Below, in pieces: positions 48,646-61,272 of a stretch of 64,000 bases of DNA (positions are counted from its first letter, which is position 1; each line of letters begins with the position of its first letter). The notes beneath the pieces are model-generated. The model was not told the DNA's origin and searched no databases. It was given only the letters and a program-made list of their open reading frames with translations. This DNA is from Hemiscyllium ocellatum (Eukaryota), in contig NC_083446.1 in assembly GCF_020745735.1 (NCBI RefSeq), positions 3,038,001 to 3,102,000 on the forward strand, written 5' to 3'. A program made the position numbers and the translations under genes.

Positions 48646-51600
48646 CTATTAGGGGAAAGGGAAGATGTAAAAGAAAGTTAGTGTACTAGATGATCCTTGT
48701 CTCATCGTGTGCAGCTGCACCAATCAATAATCTAATATTATTCACCCATATACTGAAGAATTCTTCAGACATTGACAGCTGTCGTCTTGAACCTACACAG
48801 AGCCGCTATAATCTTTCTGTACTCATTTTTTTCCCTTTCATTAGGGATCATTTATATCCATTTTATTAATAAACAGTTCTGAAAATACCAATGCAGCTTA
48901 GTAAAACTTGGCTCTGGGAACCATGCGTTACACCAGTGACCTGCAACTAAACACCAAGGGAGTGCTGGATCGGAATCCATGCTAAACTACACTGCAGCAA
49001 CTTCTCAAAAATCCCCCAGACAACATAAACTTCACTCAGCGACTGCACTGACACCAGCGAAAGGGAGATTTAAAGCTGGCAGTTAAAATGTAGTCTCGAT
49101 TTTATGATAACAAAAGCAAAATTTTCAAGGGGCAGCTTTTACTACATTCAGCTTAATTCACAAATAGAAAAGCAGGGCAGTCCTTTCAAGTCTAAAATTT
49201 GGATTTATTCCTGGCTTAAGCAGGACAAATCTTGAACCCAGTAAATATATTCAAATCGACTGATAAAACAGGCATTAGAGTGAATCTTTTCTTGTGGATG
49301 TTCAGGAGGTAGAATCTTCCTGTAAACACAGTTCTAAATATAATATCTCATGTAAGCAAGTCAATCGGTTAACAGATGAGCTGAAAAACCTTTGCACCAT
49401 AGTTTATGAATATAGCACTTTTCCTGACACTTCCAATTTGCTGTGTAGTGCCTTCAACTGACTATTAGAGATATTAAGAATACCTTCTCTCTGCAGGAGG
49501 TTCAGATTTTTGAAGGTGTTTTGCAACAGCTCTTCAAAGTAGTAACTAATTTTCTAGCTTCCAGTTAAATTCATCAGGTTATCGAGTACAGACACTACAG
49601 TATGATAGCTATAATTCGATTCAGTACTCAGTGCCACAAGGTCACACCATATCGCAGGATTGGAAGGGTATCACTGAAAGCTGAAGAATTTCTCAAGCTC
49701 TGATCTCAACTAATAACAGATTTTTAATTGCAGCAAGTTGTAGGTGAATACAAAACCCTGTCACAACTATATATTTGCCATAAGTGCATTGCTGGCACTG
49801 AAAATATCTAAGATATTCTACTAATGAGCCTGTTTGGAATTGTTATTACACACCATTGGAACAGGGGGACTCAAACCTGGGTCTCATCTCTCAGAGGTAG
49901 GGACACTACCATAATTCTACAAGAGCTTCTTCAGCTACAAGTATATACACTCCAACTTGACTCTTCATTATCACACCAGATGACACAACATGGTATCAGT
50001 GAGTACCACAGTGACATATCTACGTGACTTTATAGATTTACAAAGTCAGTTTAATATCCCAATGATGCTCGACAGCAAGTGAGATCCCCTGGACCAGATT
50101 ATGCGACCATCGTTCTGAAAACATAGACAGTCAGTTTTGGGCAATACACATTCAAAAACAAACAGCTAAAGTGAGGTGAAGGGCTGGGGAATATGTGCTT
50201 TTAGACCTATTCAGAGCACACATTGGAAACTTTCCATCAGAAAATCTTTGGGGAATCCTAGTGTACAGACACTCTGTATTGGCCCATTGCGTAGTGGTGT
50301 GCACTGAACAGCAGTTGCTCAAATTGATTTTAGACTTCCAAGTCCAACTCCAGGTTAAACATGGACAAGGAAATATTCTGCAGGAGCAGCGTGCATTGTA
50401 CAATTCTGAAGAAGGTTCATTGGACACGAAAGGTTAACTCCAATTTCTCTCCACAGATGTTGTCAGATCTGAGTTTTGCCAGCAATTTCTGTTTTTGCTC
50501 CAGAACCATTTCAGTGCACTGAGAAAGGTCACGTCTTGTTTTTTTTTCCCCTGGACTTTTGTTAGTGGACTGATTTGGGAAAATAACTGTTTTACAACAA
50601 TGAACTGAGGAAGAAATTGCTGCACTTTAAAAAAGCAAGTTACTGAAACCCATTGTGGCTCATGTTTACACTATCGCTTTGGAAGCTGTGGGGGAAGGTA
50701 TGGGACGCTGATCAGTAAACAAAATCCAGAGGCACAGTTGTACACCAACATACTTATCCAATTCACCGTTTAGCAAAGTCAAGATGGCAAAAACCAGTAA
50801 AGGGTGTTTCTGTTACCACTAGCAGCTGGTAGCAACTCAATAATATATTTCCTCCACTCTCCAAAAACAACTTACTTCAATGTCATTCAGCACTTTCCTC
50901 TGAATATTCTAATGTCAAGCAACAGTTTGAACACCATTGTTATAACATCAAACTGTGACAGCATATTGTTTGCAGAGAGATATTTTAAATTAAGGGATTG
51001 TAATCCAACCCAAACAATTCGGTGGGGTTTGTCACTTACGTGTGCTCTGAAACCACCTGAGCTGAAGGCGGCTTCCAATTTTAATTGGCTCAACAGGGCA
51101 GGCGCCCATGCTGATTTCTAAAGGGTCTTACTTTGAGCAAAACACAAAACATTTAGTGGTTCTAACGTAGAGAGTGAATTTTTAAATACAGCAGACTGAG
51201 CAGGAAGGTGCAGTGGATTTCTCACCAGGTGAAGAACAGCAAGTAAATTTCAAGCATTTTATCTTGTTAAAGAGAAAAAGACCAGTTAACAAATGACTTC
51301 TGACTAATAAGACTTTTTTGCTGTTTTCCTCTTGGAACAGGTGGGAGATCTGCCAGCAGAATTTAAATCCAGTCTGGAATTTTAAAATACTGAGTTCTAG
51401 AATACCAGCTGTGCTTCAGATTCACCTACTTAAAACTGATCCAGATTTAAGATCGGACCTCATTTTATTTGAGCTGGTTTCTGTTTCTTTGGCACAGTGT
51501 AATACGGAGTACAGGCAGCTAACAATGGCAGCCTTTTGGAAAAGGACAACTGTTAATCATACAGCAAAAATGAATTCCATGCAGTACCACGCTACCCAAT

Positions 51601-52949
51601 AAAAATCCAATCGGAAAGGAAACAACATCTGCTCTGTTTTGAAATCCTTAGTGTTCACATGTGTATTGAGCCCGCAATTAGAATTTATTGCTTCATTTAC
51701 ACAATCCCCAAATTGGCAGGAAGTTTCCAGGAAAATACAACTGATAATCCAGAAACAATGCTTCATCCCAGATAATCGGGGAAGTCAGAGAAAAAAAATG
51801 CACCCAAGAAGGATACAGCAACCAAACCCAAACGTATTTGCAAGATGAATCTGATAGCTCAATTTCCAAAGGGGTTTTGGATGTTGCAGACTTTTGAGAC
51901 AGCACACTATTTCAGCTCCTATGCAGAGGCTGTCATCAGGATATCAATACATGGTAGCCATACCCACCACCTCCCCTAATAACATGCAAGTGAAGATCCC
52001 ATAACAGCTGCCATATTTTCAGTTGGCAGCTTGAGAATGAAGGACAGGATATGATTACAGAATACACACATCCCACTTTCAAGGATGACAGAAGATGTGG
52101 AAAGCGGAGATACCAGACACTTGGAGCTAGCCATTAATCAGAAAGGAAATAAGAGACAGAAACCTGCCCTCAAATATGTCTACTTTTCCTTGGATTCTTG
52201 AAACTTGAATTCCTGCACTGTTCTATTATTTCTATTTTGACAATAGCAGAATGAGCTAGACCTTGGATACCCAGGTAAAAATGCATTTTAAGTTGTAGTG
52301 AACAAAAGGCAAAAGTGGATTCTCCACAGTATTTGATATTCAGACCTAGTGAGGTCAATACAACTGAATATCAGGGGTGTGCCTGACACTGACCAATCAA
52401 ATAATAACTATGTCATAGTGCAACTCCCCCAACCTCCAAGACAATTTTCTACTCAAATGCTTTCATGTAGCATGAGTACTAAAAAAGTTTACAGAACAGC
52501 ACAAAGTGATCATGAAACACGACTGACGAAACAAGTTGCTAAAAAGATGCTAGTTAAGCAAATAAATTGTACTGAAGGACCTTGAAGATGAGGTGAAGGA
52601 GACTAGCCAAACAGCTTATAAACATAGTCGTGCAACACAGAAACAGACCTTTCAGTCCAACTAGCCTATGCTGACCATGATCCCAACTAAACTATTCACA
52701 CCTGCCTGTGCTTGGCACATATCCCTCCAAACATTTCTTACTTATGCAAATGGATTTTAAATGTTGCAACTGCACCTGTATCCTGTGGAAGTTTATTCCA
52801 CTCATTAACAACTTTTTTTTTAAAAAAAGGCTTCTCCTTACATTTCTTCTTAAAGCAAGACACAATAATAGCCACTCTTAAGTCATCTGGTATCCCATCC
52901 CTAGTTATAGATGACAAATATTTCTGCAAGGTGCCCCACATTTTCCTGG

Positions 52950-53500
52950 AGATAGTGAGGACCGCAGAGCCACCAAGTGTGGTGCTGGAAAAAAAACACG
53001 GCAGGTCAAGCAGCATTAGAGGAGCAGGGGAGTCTACGTTCCAGGTCGGAACCTTTCATCAGGACTGGGGAGGGGGGTAGGGGGCTGAGAAATATATAGA
53101 CGGAGGGTCTGGGGGAAAGGTAGGTGGGTTGACAATAGGTGGATGGAGGTATGAGGTAATTGTGATTGGTCAGTGGGAACGGTGGCTCGGTGGGAAGGAA
53201 GATGAACAGGTTAGGTCAGATCCAGGGACGGGGTGGAGAGAGAGGACTGGACCTGGGACTGGGAGCAGGGTTGGAAAACTAGTGAACGACATGTCGAGAC
53301 CATTGGTCTTTTGATGGTGGAGGCAGCCCAGGACGGACATGTTGTTGGGGGAGTTGAAATGACTGGTAACGGGAAGGTGGGACTGATTGGAGCGTACAGA
53401 CCACAGATGCTCCCTGAATCAGTCCCCGAGTCTGCACTCAGTCTCTCCGATGCAGATGAGACCACATCAGGAGCAATGGATGCACTAAATCAGGTTAGAG
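52950..53500 (-). mobile_element. Penelope-like element 3' fragment with a hammerhead-like motif (53031-53066)
   Basis: Reverse strand AGTC-CTGATGA-A-AGGT-tccg-ACCT-GGAA-CGTA-GACT. A degenerate GIY-YIG region lies near 53400-53490. Confidence 0.7.
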
Positions 53501-53991
53501 AAAATGCAGGCAAATTTCCTCCCTGCAATTACCTCCCTAACTTCCCACAAAGTCATGGGACACACTACATCTGGTACCAGAGATCTATCCACCTTAACAT
53601 TTTGTAAAACTTCCAGCACTACTACTACTGTAGTGTGAACAGTTTTCAAAACAACAACACTTTTGAGTTTTCTGGCCTCCATTTGTTTCTCCACAGTATA
53701 AACAGATGTGAAATATTCATTTAATATATCTCCCATCCCCTGAGGTTCAACACAAAGACAACCTCTGATCGTTAGGAGGCACTGCTTTCTCTCTAGTTGC
53801 TCTCCTGCTCTTAGCATACTTGTAGAATGTCTTTGGATTATTCTTAACCTTATCTGCCAAGGTTTTCATATTCCCCCTCTTTGCCCTCCTGATCTCCCTC
53901 TTAAGAGTGCCACTGAGAAATTCATTGGAACCCAGTTGTTTGTATCTAATGTGAGATTCTTTTTTACTCTTGACTAGAACCTCAATAACGT

Positions 53992-54300
53992 GGGCGGCAC
54001 GGTGGCACAGTGGTTAGCACTGCTGCCTCACAGCGCCAGGGACCTGGGTTCAATTCCTGCCTCAGGCGACTGACTGTGTGGAGTTTGCACGTTCTCCCCG
54101 AGTCTGCGTGGGTTTCCTCCGGGTGCTCCGGTTTCCTCCCACAGTCCAAAGATGTGCGGGTCAGGTGAATTGGCCATGCTAAATTGCCCGTAGTGTTAGG
54201 TAAGGGGTATATGTAGGGGTATGGGTGGGTTGCGCTTCGGCGGGTTGGTGTGGACTTGTTAGGCCGAAGGGCCTGTTTCGACACTAAGTAATCTAATCTA
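53992..54300 (+). mobile_element. Full-length, young HE1-like SINE
   Basis: GGGCGGCACGGTGGCACAGTGGTTAGCACTG, B box GTTCAATTC, (TAATC)n tail. CpGs are retained. Confidence 0.93.
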
Positions 54301-55838
54301 AACTTTATCCATCCATTGTTTCCTAATCCTACCAGTCTTACCTTTCTAACAGGAACATACTGCCTCTGACCTCTCGTTATCACATTTTTGAAGGCCTCCC
54401 ACTTATCAGACATCTCTTTACCTGGGAACAGTCTACACCAATCAACTTTTGAAAGGTCTCGTAACATTAAAATCTGCCTTACTTAAATTGAAAATTTTAG
54501 CTTTCATGGAAGGTGATTCCTTTTCAATAACTATTTTAACACTAACAGAATGATCACTGGACTCAAAGCATCCTACTGTCACTTCAGTCACTTGACCTGC
54601 CTTATTTTGGAGAAAATGAGGACTGCAGATACTGGAGATCAGAGTTGAGATTGGGGTGCTGGAAAAACAGAAGTCAGGCAGCATCCAAGAAGCAGGAGAA
54701 TTGATGTTTTGGGCAAGAGCCCTGGGCTTACTTTGCCCGTTCCATAGTAGAAGGATTTACATGCTGATGAAAGAAAATTTTCTTGAACAGTTAAATTCTT
54801 CACATCCAAACCTCTAGCACTATGTTACTCCCAGTCAATGTTTGGACAGTTAAAATCACATATTACAACCTTATTAATCTTATATATATATATATCCAAG
54901 ATTTCTCTACACATTTCTTTAATTTCCTTCTAACTTTTTTCCACAGGAGGTGGGGGGAGGGAAGGACCTACAATACAAATCCTTCAACGTGATCATTCCT
55001 CTCTAACTTCAATCTATATATTTTCACTTGACAATTTTTCAGAAATATCTTCTCTAGTTACACGAGTAAGGTTTTCCTTAATCAAACACTCAACTCCCCC
55101 TCTTCCCACTCCCTCTGTGTTTCTAATATCTGAAACTCAGAACATTGAGCAGCCGGTCCTGTCCATTCCTCAGACACATCTCGGTCATAGCTGTGATGTC
55201 CCAATCCCATGTTCACAAACATACCCTGAGTTCATCTGCCCTACCTGTTGAGGACCCTTGCATTTAAATAAATGCCATTTAGTTCATCAGTGTTAGTTAA
55301 TTCTCTTGGACTTATTCTTTTCAGATTGAGGAAAGTCTTCATCTGTCTTTCTATCAACTCTGCTACTTAGGATTGCTCCAACACCCCCACCCCACATACC
55401 TTAGTCTCCCTTAACAGAACCAGCAACTCTACTCGACTAGGATATTAGTCTTTTTCCAATTCAGGAAAAACCCATGCTTTTTGAACAGATCATTTCTGTC
55501 CCAGAAGAGATCCCAGTAACCAAAGGACCTGAATCCCTGAACCTTACACCACATCTTCAGCCATTGATTTATCTTCTGTCCTTTTATTCCCTTATTTGAG
55601 CTTAGAACCGAGAGTAAACCAGAGGTCACTACTTTTGAGGTTCTATTTGTTAATCTTCTATCCAACCTCATATAAAGCCTAACTATGAAGCTCCACCCCA
55701 GCACAGCCAGTGCAATTATAAATCACAGCTACCACACGTCGTCCTACTACTGTCCTCGGCTTAAGACAGAGAGTTTGATTGCATGATCTTTTAGCGCTTC
55801 CTAAAAGGGCTTATTTTAGGTCCCTTCATCTCCCTTAC

Positions 55839-55853
55839 CTTTGCCTGATCCAT
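55839..55853 (-). CDS. STIP1: STIP1 exon 1 coding part (MDQAK)
   Basis: ATG GAT CAG GCA AAG|gtaagg, phase 0 to exon 2, inside the CpG island. Total CDS is 1632 nt = 543 aa. Confidence 0.85.
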
Positions 55854-55859
55854 CAGCAG

Positions 55860-56500
55860 TTCGACCAGCTCACCATGCGCCTTCTCGAACTTACCAGAAC
55901 TCGCGCCGGAAATCCCGCCCCCAGCTCCTGCACGCTCCCAGTGGCTGCAGTCCTGGACGCTCTCCCTTTCGATTGGTGCAATCGTCGGTCCATCCGCGGA
56001 TGGCGCCCCGCCCCTACACTTCGCATTAGCCCAAACCGTTCGCTTCCTCCTTTCTGATTAGTCCACCCCGTAGTCCATCGTCGGAATGGTTCCCGCCTCC
56101 AATTCTTATTCGTCAGGGCTTCACTTTCCATTAGTCCAACTGCCCGTCTATCATCCGGAGGCCGATCCGTCCCCGCCTTCGGGATCACGACCTTCACAAT
56201 TTTCACATTCAATTGGCTCACAGATCAATCCATCAACCGAAGTCCATCCCGCCTCCAAACCGTCGAACACCATTGGACCGCCCCCTAGATATCCCACTCC
56301 GATTGGTCGGCCTCCCGTCAATAACTAGATATTCCCGCCCACGCCCGTGCTCCCGCTCGTTGATTGGCCGAATATGAGCAGCAGCGCTGTCAATCAGGAC
56401 GACATGGCCAATTGGAAGAACGGCCCCGCCCTAATCCGGCACACTCGAGTCCACGGGTCGACCTAACTTTAAAATGACCAAGGGAACATTCTAGAGCACA
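55860..56500 (-). promoter_or_regulatory. STIP1: STIP1 CpG-island promoter with HSEs, multiple CCAAT boxes and GC boxes
   Basis: TTCtcGAActTACcaGAA at 55882-55899 and GAAcaTTCtaGAG at 56484-56496. ATTGG/CCAAT near 55972, 56099, 56212, 56272, 56302, 56363 and 56409. CCCGCCC occurs several times. Confidence 0.8.
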
Positions 56501-56804
56501 GCTGTACGAGACAGTTCACTTTAAGGGTCTTCATAAACAATTTGCTAACAGGATTGAAATGGAATGTGTTACGTGACTATTAAGATGTTGAGAAGCATAT
56601 TAGGTGCAACATGCCCTGTGTATTGCAAATTATGTAATTAATGTTTTAACTCAGTTTTTTGTATGGTGTTTATTTTTAAAAATGAATAAAGGATATTTCT
56701 GGAAATAAATAATACTAATACCCCCACAACTAATTTCTAATTCTGTACTTGACAGGATGTGCAAATTTTAAAATGCTTACAAAGCAAATCAGAACTTTGA
56801 TTCA

Positions 56805-57103
56805 TTGAATCCCTACAGTATGGAAGCAGGCCATTCAGCCCATACTGACCCCCCCATACCCTGTAACCCTGAATTTTCCATGGTTAATTCATCCCTGGAT
56901 TATGAATTATGAATTATTTAGCATGGCCAATCCACCTAACCTGCACCACTTTGGACTGTGGAGGAAACTGGGGCACCTGGAGGAAATCCACGCAGACATG
57001 GGGAGAAAGTGCAAACTACACACAGACAATCGCCTGAGGCTGGAATCAAACCCTGGTCCTTTGTGCTGTGAGACAGTAATGTTAACCGCTAAGCCACCAT
57101 GTC
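56805..57103 (-). mobile_element. HE1-like SINE
   Basis: SINE head and V-domain-like core on the reverse strand. Confidence 0.85.
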
Positions 57104-58029
57104 TCCTAATTTGATTTGAAAAATGCAGAATATGCAATACAATTCAACCTGCCTTTGCAGGACATATCCAATTGATATGATTGTAACCATCATAACATTC
57201 ACACACACATTCCACGTTGGATCTTAGGCCCCCCCAGGAGTTGAAGGCATGGGCGAGAATGATCAAATGACTGGAATTGGACAGAAAAGATAGAGAAGGG
57301 TGTCAGGGTTGGAGAAGGTTATCAAATTTATTACACATTTTGATAAAGGATCACTGGACTGATTGTTAACTCTGCTTTCTTTCCATAGATGCTGCCAGAT
57401 CTGCTGAGTTTCTCCAGCAATTTCTGTTTTTGTTTCAGACCGTTGACTCTGTTGGGCTTTAATTAAGCTCAAGGTTGCTGTTCAAACCGTCTTGAAATCC
57501 TTCCTTAAGTATATTCACAGTTCATTTTATTTTGAAACCATCAAAGCTATTTACTTCAACATGTCCTGTAGGAGAGAGTTCCACATGCTCACCACACTGA
57601 GTATAGAATTTTCCCTGATTTCCTCTTTGGATTTATTCATAGTTTTGGATTCTCCGACATTTGTAAAAATTTCCTCCTCTGCCTATTACCTGCTTCTCCT
57701 TCCTTCTTGCCTCAATTTTAAAATTTTATTTTTAGAATTGAAAGCCCTGAAAATAATCCCTATTGAGGAGACTGACTGACTCCTTAGCTGGCTCATGGTA
57801 AAGTTCTTAAATTGTCTTCTAGGCTCCTGTGAATCACTTCAGGGAACATTTTACAATATTTAGGGATGCTCAATGAATGTAAAGTTGTGGTGCAGGCAGG
57901 TGGACTTTCATCTGAAAATGAAGAATGTGTAGGGTTATGGCAGAAGAAGCCAAGTGTTCTTTTGCAAATTGTTCTTTTGTAAGCCAGTGCAGAAATGATG
58001 TGGCGAATTGTCTCCTATGTGTTAACTAA

Positions 58030-58830
58030 ACTGTGACACAAAATAAGTGGAAGACAAGTTGCAAGAGGGATACAAACAGTTTTCAGAGAAACATTGATAG
58101 ATTAAATAAATGGACAAAAAAAGGCAAATGGAGTATTATGTGGGAAAATTGTGAAGTTGTTCAGTTTGGAAGGCAGAACAAAAGGACAGTATTGGAGAAA
58201 AATGGAGAAAAATTACAGAAAGCAGTAATCTAAAGAGACTTACGTGTACTCGTGCACGAAACACAAAAAAACTAGCACACAGGGGCAGCAGGTAATCTGG
58301 AAGGCTAATGGAATGCTGTCCCATAGTACAAGAGTAGGGAAGTTTTACTGTTACAGTACAAGTTGCTTGGCAAGATCACATTTTGGTCTCTGGTGTTATT
58401 CATTGGAGGCAGTTCACAGAAGGCTCACGAAGGATGATTCCTGGTATGGGGAGAGATTGTCTTATGATCAAAAGACTAATCAGTTTGGAACTGGGGTTTA
58501 GAAGAATGAGCGGTGACCTTATTTGAAACATAGGTAATTCTTAAGGGGCTTGACAGTGTAAATGTGGAGAGGATATTTCTCCTCATGGAAGAGTCTAGGA
58601 CCAGAGGGCATAGTTTTAGAATAACAGGACACCAATTTAAGACTTCATTTAGGAGAACTGCCACAGAGAGCTGTGTGGGCAGAGTCTTTGTGCATATTTA
58701 ATACTGAGATGGATAGATTCTAGATCATTGGGGAAATGGATGTGAAGAAGGTTGGATCAGCCACAATCCTATTGAATGGTGGAGCAGATTCAAGAGGCCA
58801 AATTGACTAGTTCTGATCCTATATCTGTAT
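58030..58830 (+). mobile_element. Old CR1 LINE 3' fragment
   Basis: FQRNIDRLNKW, CEVVQFGRQN, GAGTCTAGGACCAGAGGGCATAG. Confidence 0.82.
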
Positions 58831-58949
58831 TCTTAATTGCAAGCTATGATTATAGCAGTTCTCCTGAACATTGGGTCCCATGATACTCTTGTGTCTATGG
58901 GGTAGTGGCACACATTGAAACATAGTTCATAAACAGAACCAAAAGCAGG

Positions 58950-59323
58950 TAACTACAAATCCCAGAGGGCAATGCTACACGTTGCCGTATGCCGCGATTC
59001 TGCTTTCCGATTGGCTCGGGCAGACAGGGAACTACAAATCCCAGAGGGTGATGCGCCACGTAAAGTTCTTCCTCAATTGATTGATGGGGGCTGGCAGAAG
59101 AACTACAAATCCCAGAGGGCGCTGCTCCCGAACGTCGCCCTGATTCGCCCGAGTGGTCACGTGACCAGGAAGAGCGTGCTTTTCGTGAGTCACACGGTCA
59201 CCCAAAATAAAATCCCACCCCGTCCCAAAAAAAACCCAAAAATCATTGCAGTGACCTCGACAGTACCGTCAACCGTCGAGTGCAGAGAAGCGGTAAAGGT
59301 TGAGTAGAGGGGGAAGCGAAGCG
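58950..59323 (+). promoter_or_regulatory. MACROD1: MACROD1 promoter: three ZNF143/THAP11-type motifs, CCAAT, palindromic E-box
   Basis: ACTACAAATCCCAGAGGG starts at 58952, 59031 and 59102. TGGTCACGTGACCA at 59154-59167. The region is CpG-rich. Confidence 0.82.
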
Positions 59324-59591
59324 ATGGAGAAGGTGTTCGCCGGGTTGAGACGGGGCCGCTTTCCTTGGAGCTGGGGGCCGTTTCGCGCGCCGCCCGTTTC
59401 GAACGTTTTTCAAATCCAACGGCCCCAACAGACGCTGGCCGGCGGCGACGGCCCCGCGCCTGCGCGGTGGCTGTTGCGCGCCGGCCGCCGGCTCCCCTGC
59501 TTCCACTTGCTGTCGTCCGCCCGCCTTTCAGGGATGTCCCGAGAGGAGTTTAACCCCTCCCGGCCCACCACCGACTGGAAAGTGGCGAAAA
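59324..59591 (+). CDS. MACROD1: MACROD1 (mono-ADP-ribosylhydrolase) exon 1 with a putative mitochondrial presequence
   Basis: GCGATGG start; Arg-rich, acid-poor N-terminus. The exon ends ..PTTDWKVAK A|gtaagt (phase 1), matching the recalled human exon-1 end STSTDWKEAKS. It is head-to-head with STIP1, as in human. Confidence 0.8.
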
Positions 59592-60976
59592 GTAAGTATC
59601 CACCGCCCCATCCTTTTTAACCACCAAGATTCCGAGCCAAATACTGCATTTCGCCAGCGCACCTGCTGACAATAAGGAGAGAGAGAGAGAGATTCCTCAC
59701 CTCAGGAGGGCACATTCAAATCTTGCCAAATTCGAGGGGGAACAACAATTTACACTAGAGCAGTGGAAACAAAAGCAGGCACTATGATTGATTTGATAAG
59801 TGGCCGGTTACAAACAATGTACCAAGTTCAGAAGAAGGGTCACCGGACTTGAAAGGTTGGCACTTTCTTCCTCCACAGCCTCACCTGAGAGTTTCTTCCC
59901 CAATTTCTGTTTTTGCATCAAAGAACTACTGTCCTCCACAGTTTCACTTTGTCGGGGTAAGGTGCGACTCCTGAACTGGCCCTTTTTGTCCACGGGCGAA
60001 GGATGTGAGTACATAAAAGTCAGCAAGCTGGAAGGGCAATCTTGGTTGACAGCGCATTTGGGATTGCACAACAATTGCTGTCCCACTAGAATAGAATATC
60101 TTTCACTGTCTCACTATAGTCGTTTCTGAAACCTTTCCAATAACAATCGGATGGTCATTTTAACTTGCCTGCTCACCTCTCGATTTTATTTCAAAATAGA
60201 TGGTTGTTTGAAAAAAAAGTCATTGGAGTTCGTAGAGAGCAACATGTTGCAGTGATAAGTTTAAAGAGTGCACTTTGCTCACTTTCCACAGAATCCCTAC
60301 CGTGTGGGAACAGTCCAACAAGACCACACCGATCTTCCGAAGAGTGTGCCACCCAGGCTCAATCCAACCTTTTCTTGTATTTTAGCAAGTTTTGAGAAGC
60401 TCCGGTTGAGGTTCTGGATGTAGGTTTGCTTGCTGAGCTGGAAGGTTTGTTTTCAGACGTTTTGTCATCATACTAGGTAACATCTTCAGTGAGTGTCCGG
60501 ATGAAGCTCAATGAACAAACCTACGTCCAATCTTGCATTTTCCATGGCTAACACTCCAAACGTGCCCCTAAACACCTTGGGCAATTTATCTTGGCCAATC
60601 CACCTAACCTGCACATCTGTCACTGTGGGAGGAAGCTGGAGCACCCGATGGAAACCCACACAGGCATGGGGAGAATGTGCAAACTCCACACCCACAAACT
60701 CCCGTGAGGGTGGAATTGAACCTCAGGTCCCTGACGCTGTAAGGCAGCTGTGCGAATCACTGACTCACCATGTTTCCCTAGTTTTCCTTAAACAAAATAC
60801 TCATTCACTCAGTTCTTTTCACGTTGATATTTTGTTTAGCTTTTTCTCACTCTGAGAGATGACATTTATTGAGTGTGCAGGCCGGGCACAGCTTCTAGTT
60901 TTGTTTTTGAGAACTTTATCACAATAGCATTCTCAGTTACAATTGACAAAACCTGCCTCAGGCGAATGCACAGTTT

Positions 60977-61272
60977 GATTAGATTAGATTACTTAGTGTG
61001 GAAACAGGCCCTTCGGCCCAACAAGTCCACACCGAAGCGCAACCCACCCATACCCCTACATTTACCCCTTACCTAACACTAGGGGCAGTTTAGCATGGCC
61101 AATTTACCTGACCCGCACATCTTTGGATTGTGGGAGGAAACTGGAGCACCCGGAGGAAACCCACGCAGACACTGGGAGAATGTGCAAATTCCCACAGTCA
61201 GTCGCCTGAATCGGGAATTGAACCCGTATCTCAGGCGCTGTGAGACAGCAGTGCTAACCACTGTGCCGCCCA
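60977..61272 (-). mobile_element. HE1-like SINE
   Basis: (GATTA)n tail on the plus strand and the SINE head at 61272. An older copy at about 60290-60770 contains a Penelope piece. Confidence 0.9.

Larger units (their letters stand above)
52620..55705 (-). mobile_element. Long degenerate CR1 LINE (ORF1 esterase, endonuclease/linker, RT start, 3' tail) with nested insertions
   Basis: GFRSFGYWDLFWDRNDLFKKHG..LNW..TNIL (CR1 ORF1 SGNH-esterase-like), SSDHS, GDILNEYFTSVYT, PDDLRVA. Interrupted by Penelope pieces and a SINE. Confidence 0.8.

Noticed and set aside
53992-54070. tRNA gene
   Set aside because: The A/B boxes belong to a SINE head that continues into the SINE body and tail. The same applies to the other copies.
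58952-59120. Repeat-spacer pattern resembling a CRISPR array
   Set aside because: Vertebrate promoter context, only three 18-bp repeats that match a transcription-factor motif, and no cas genes.
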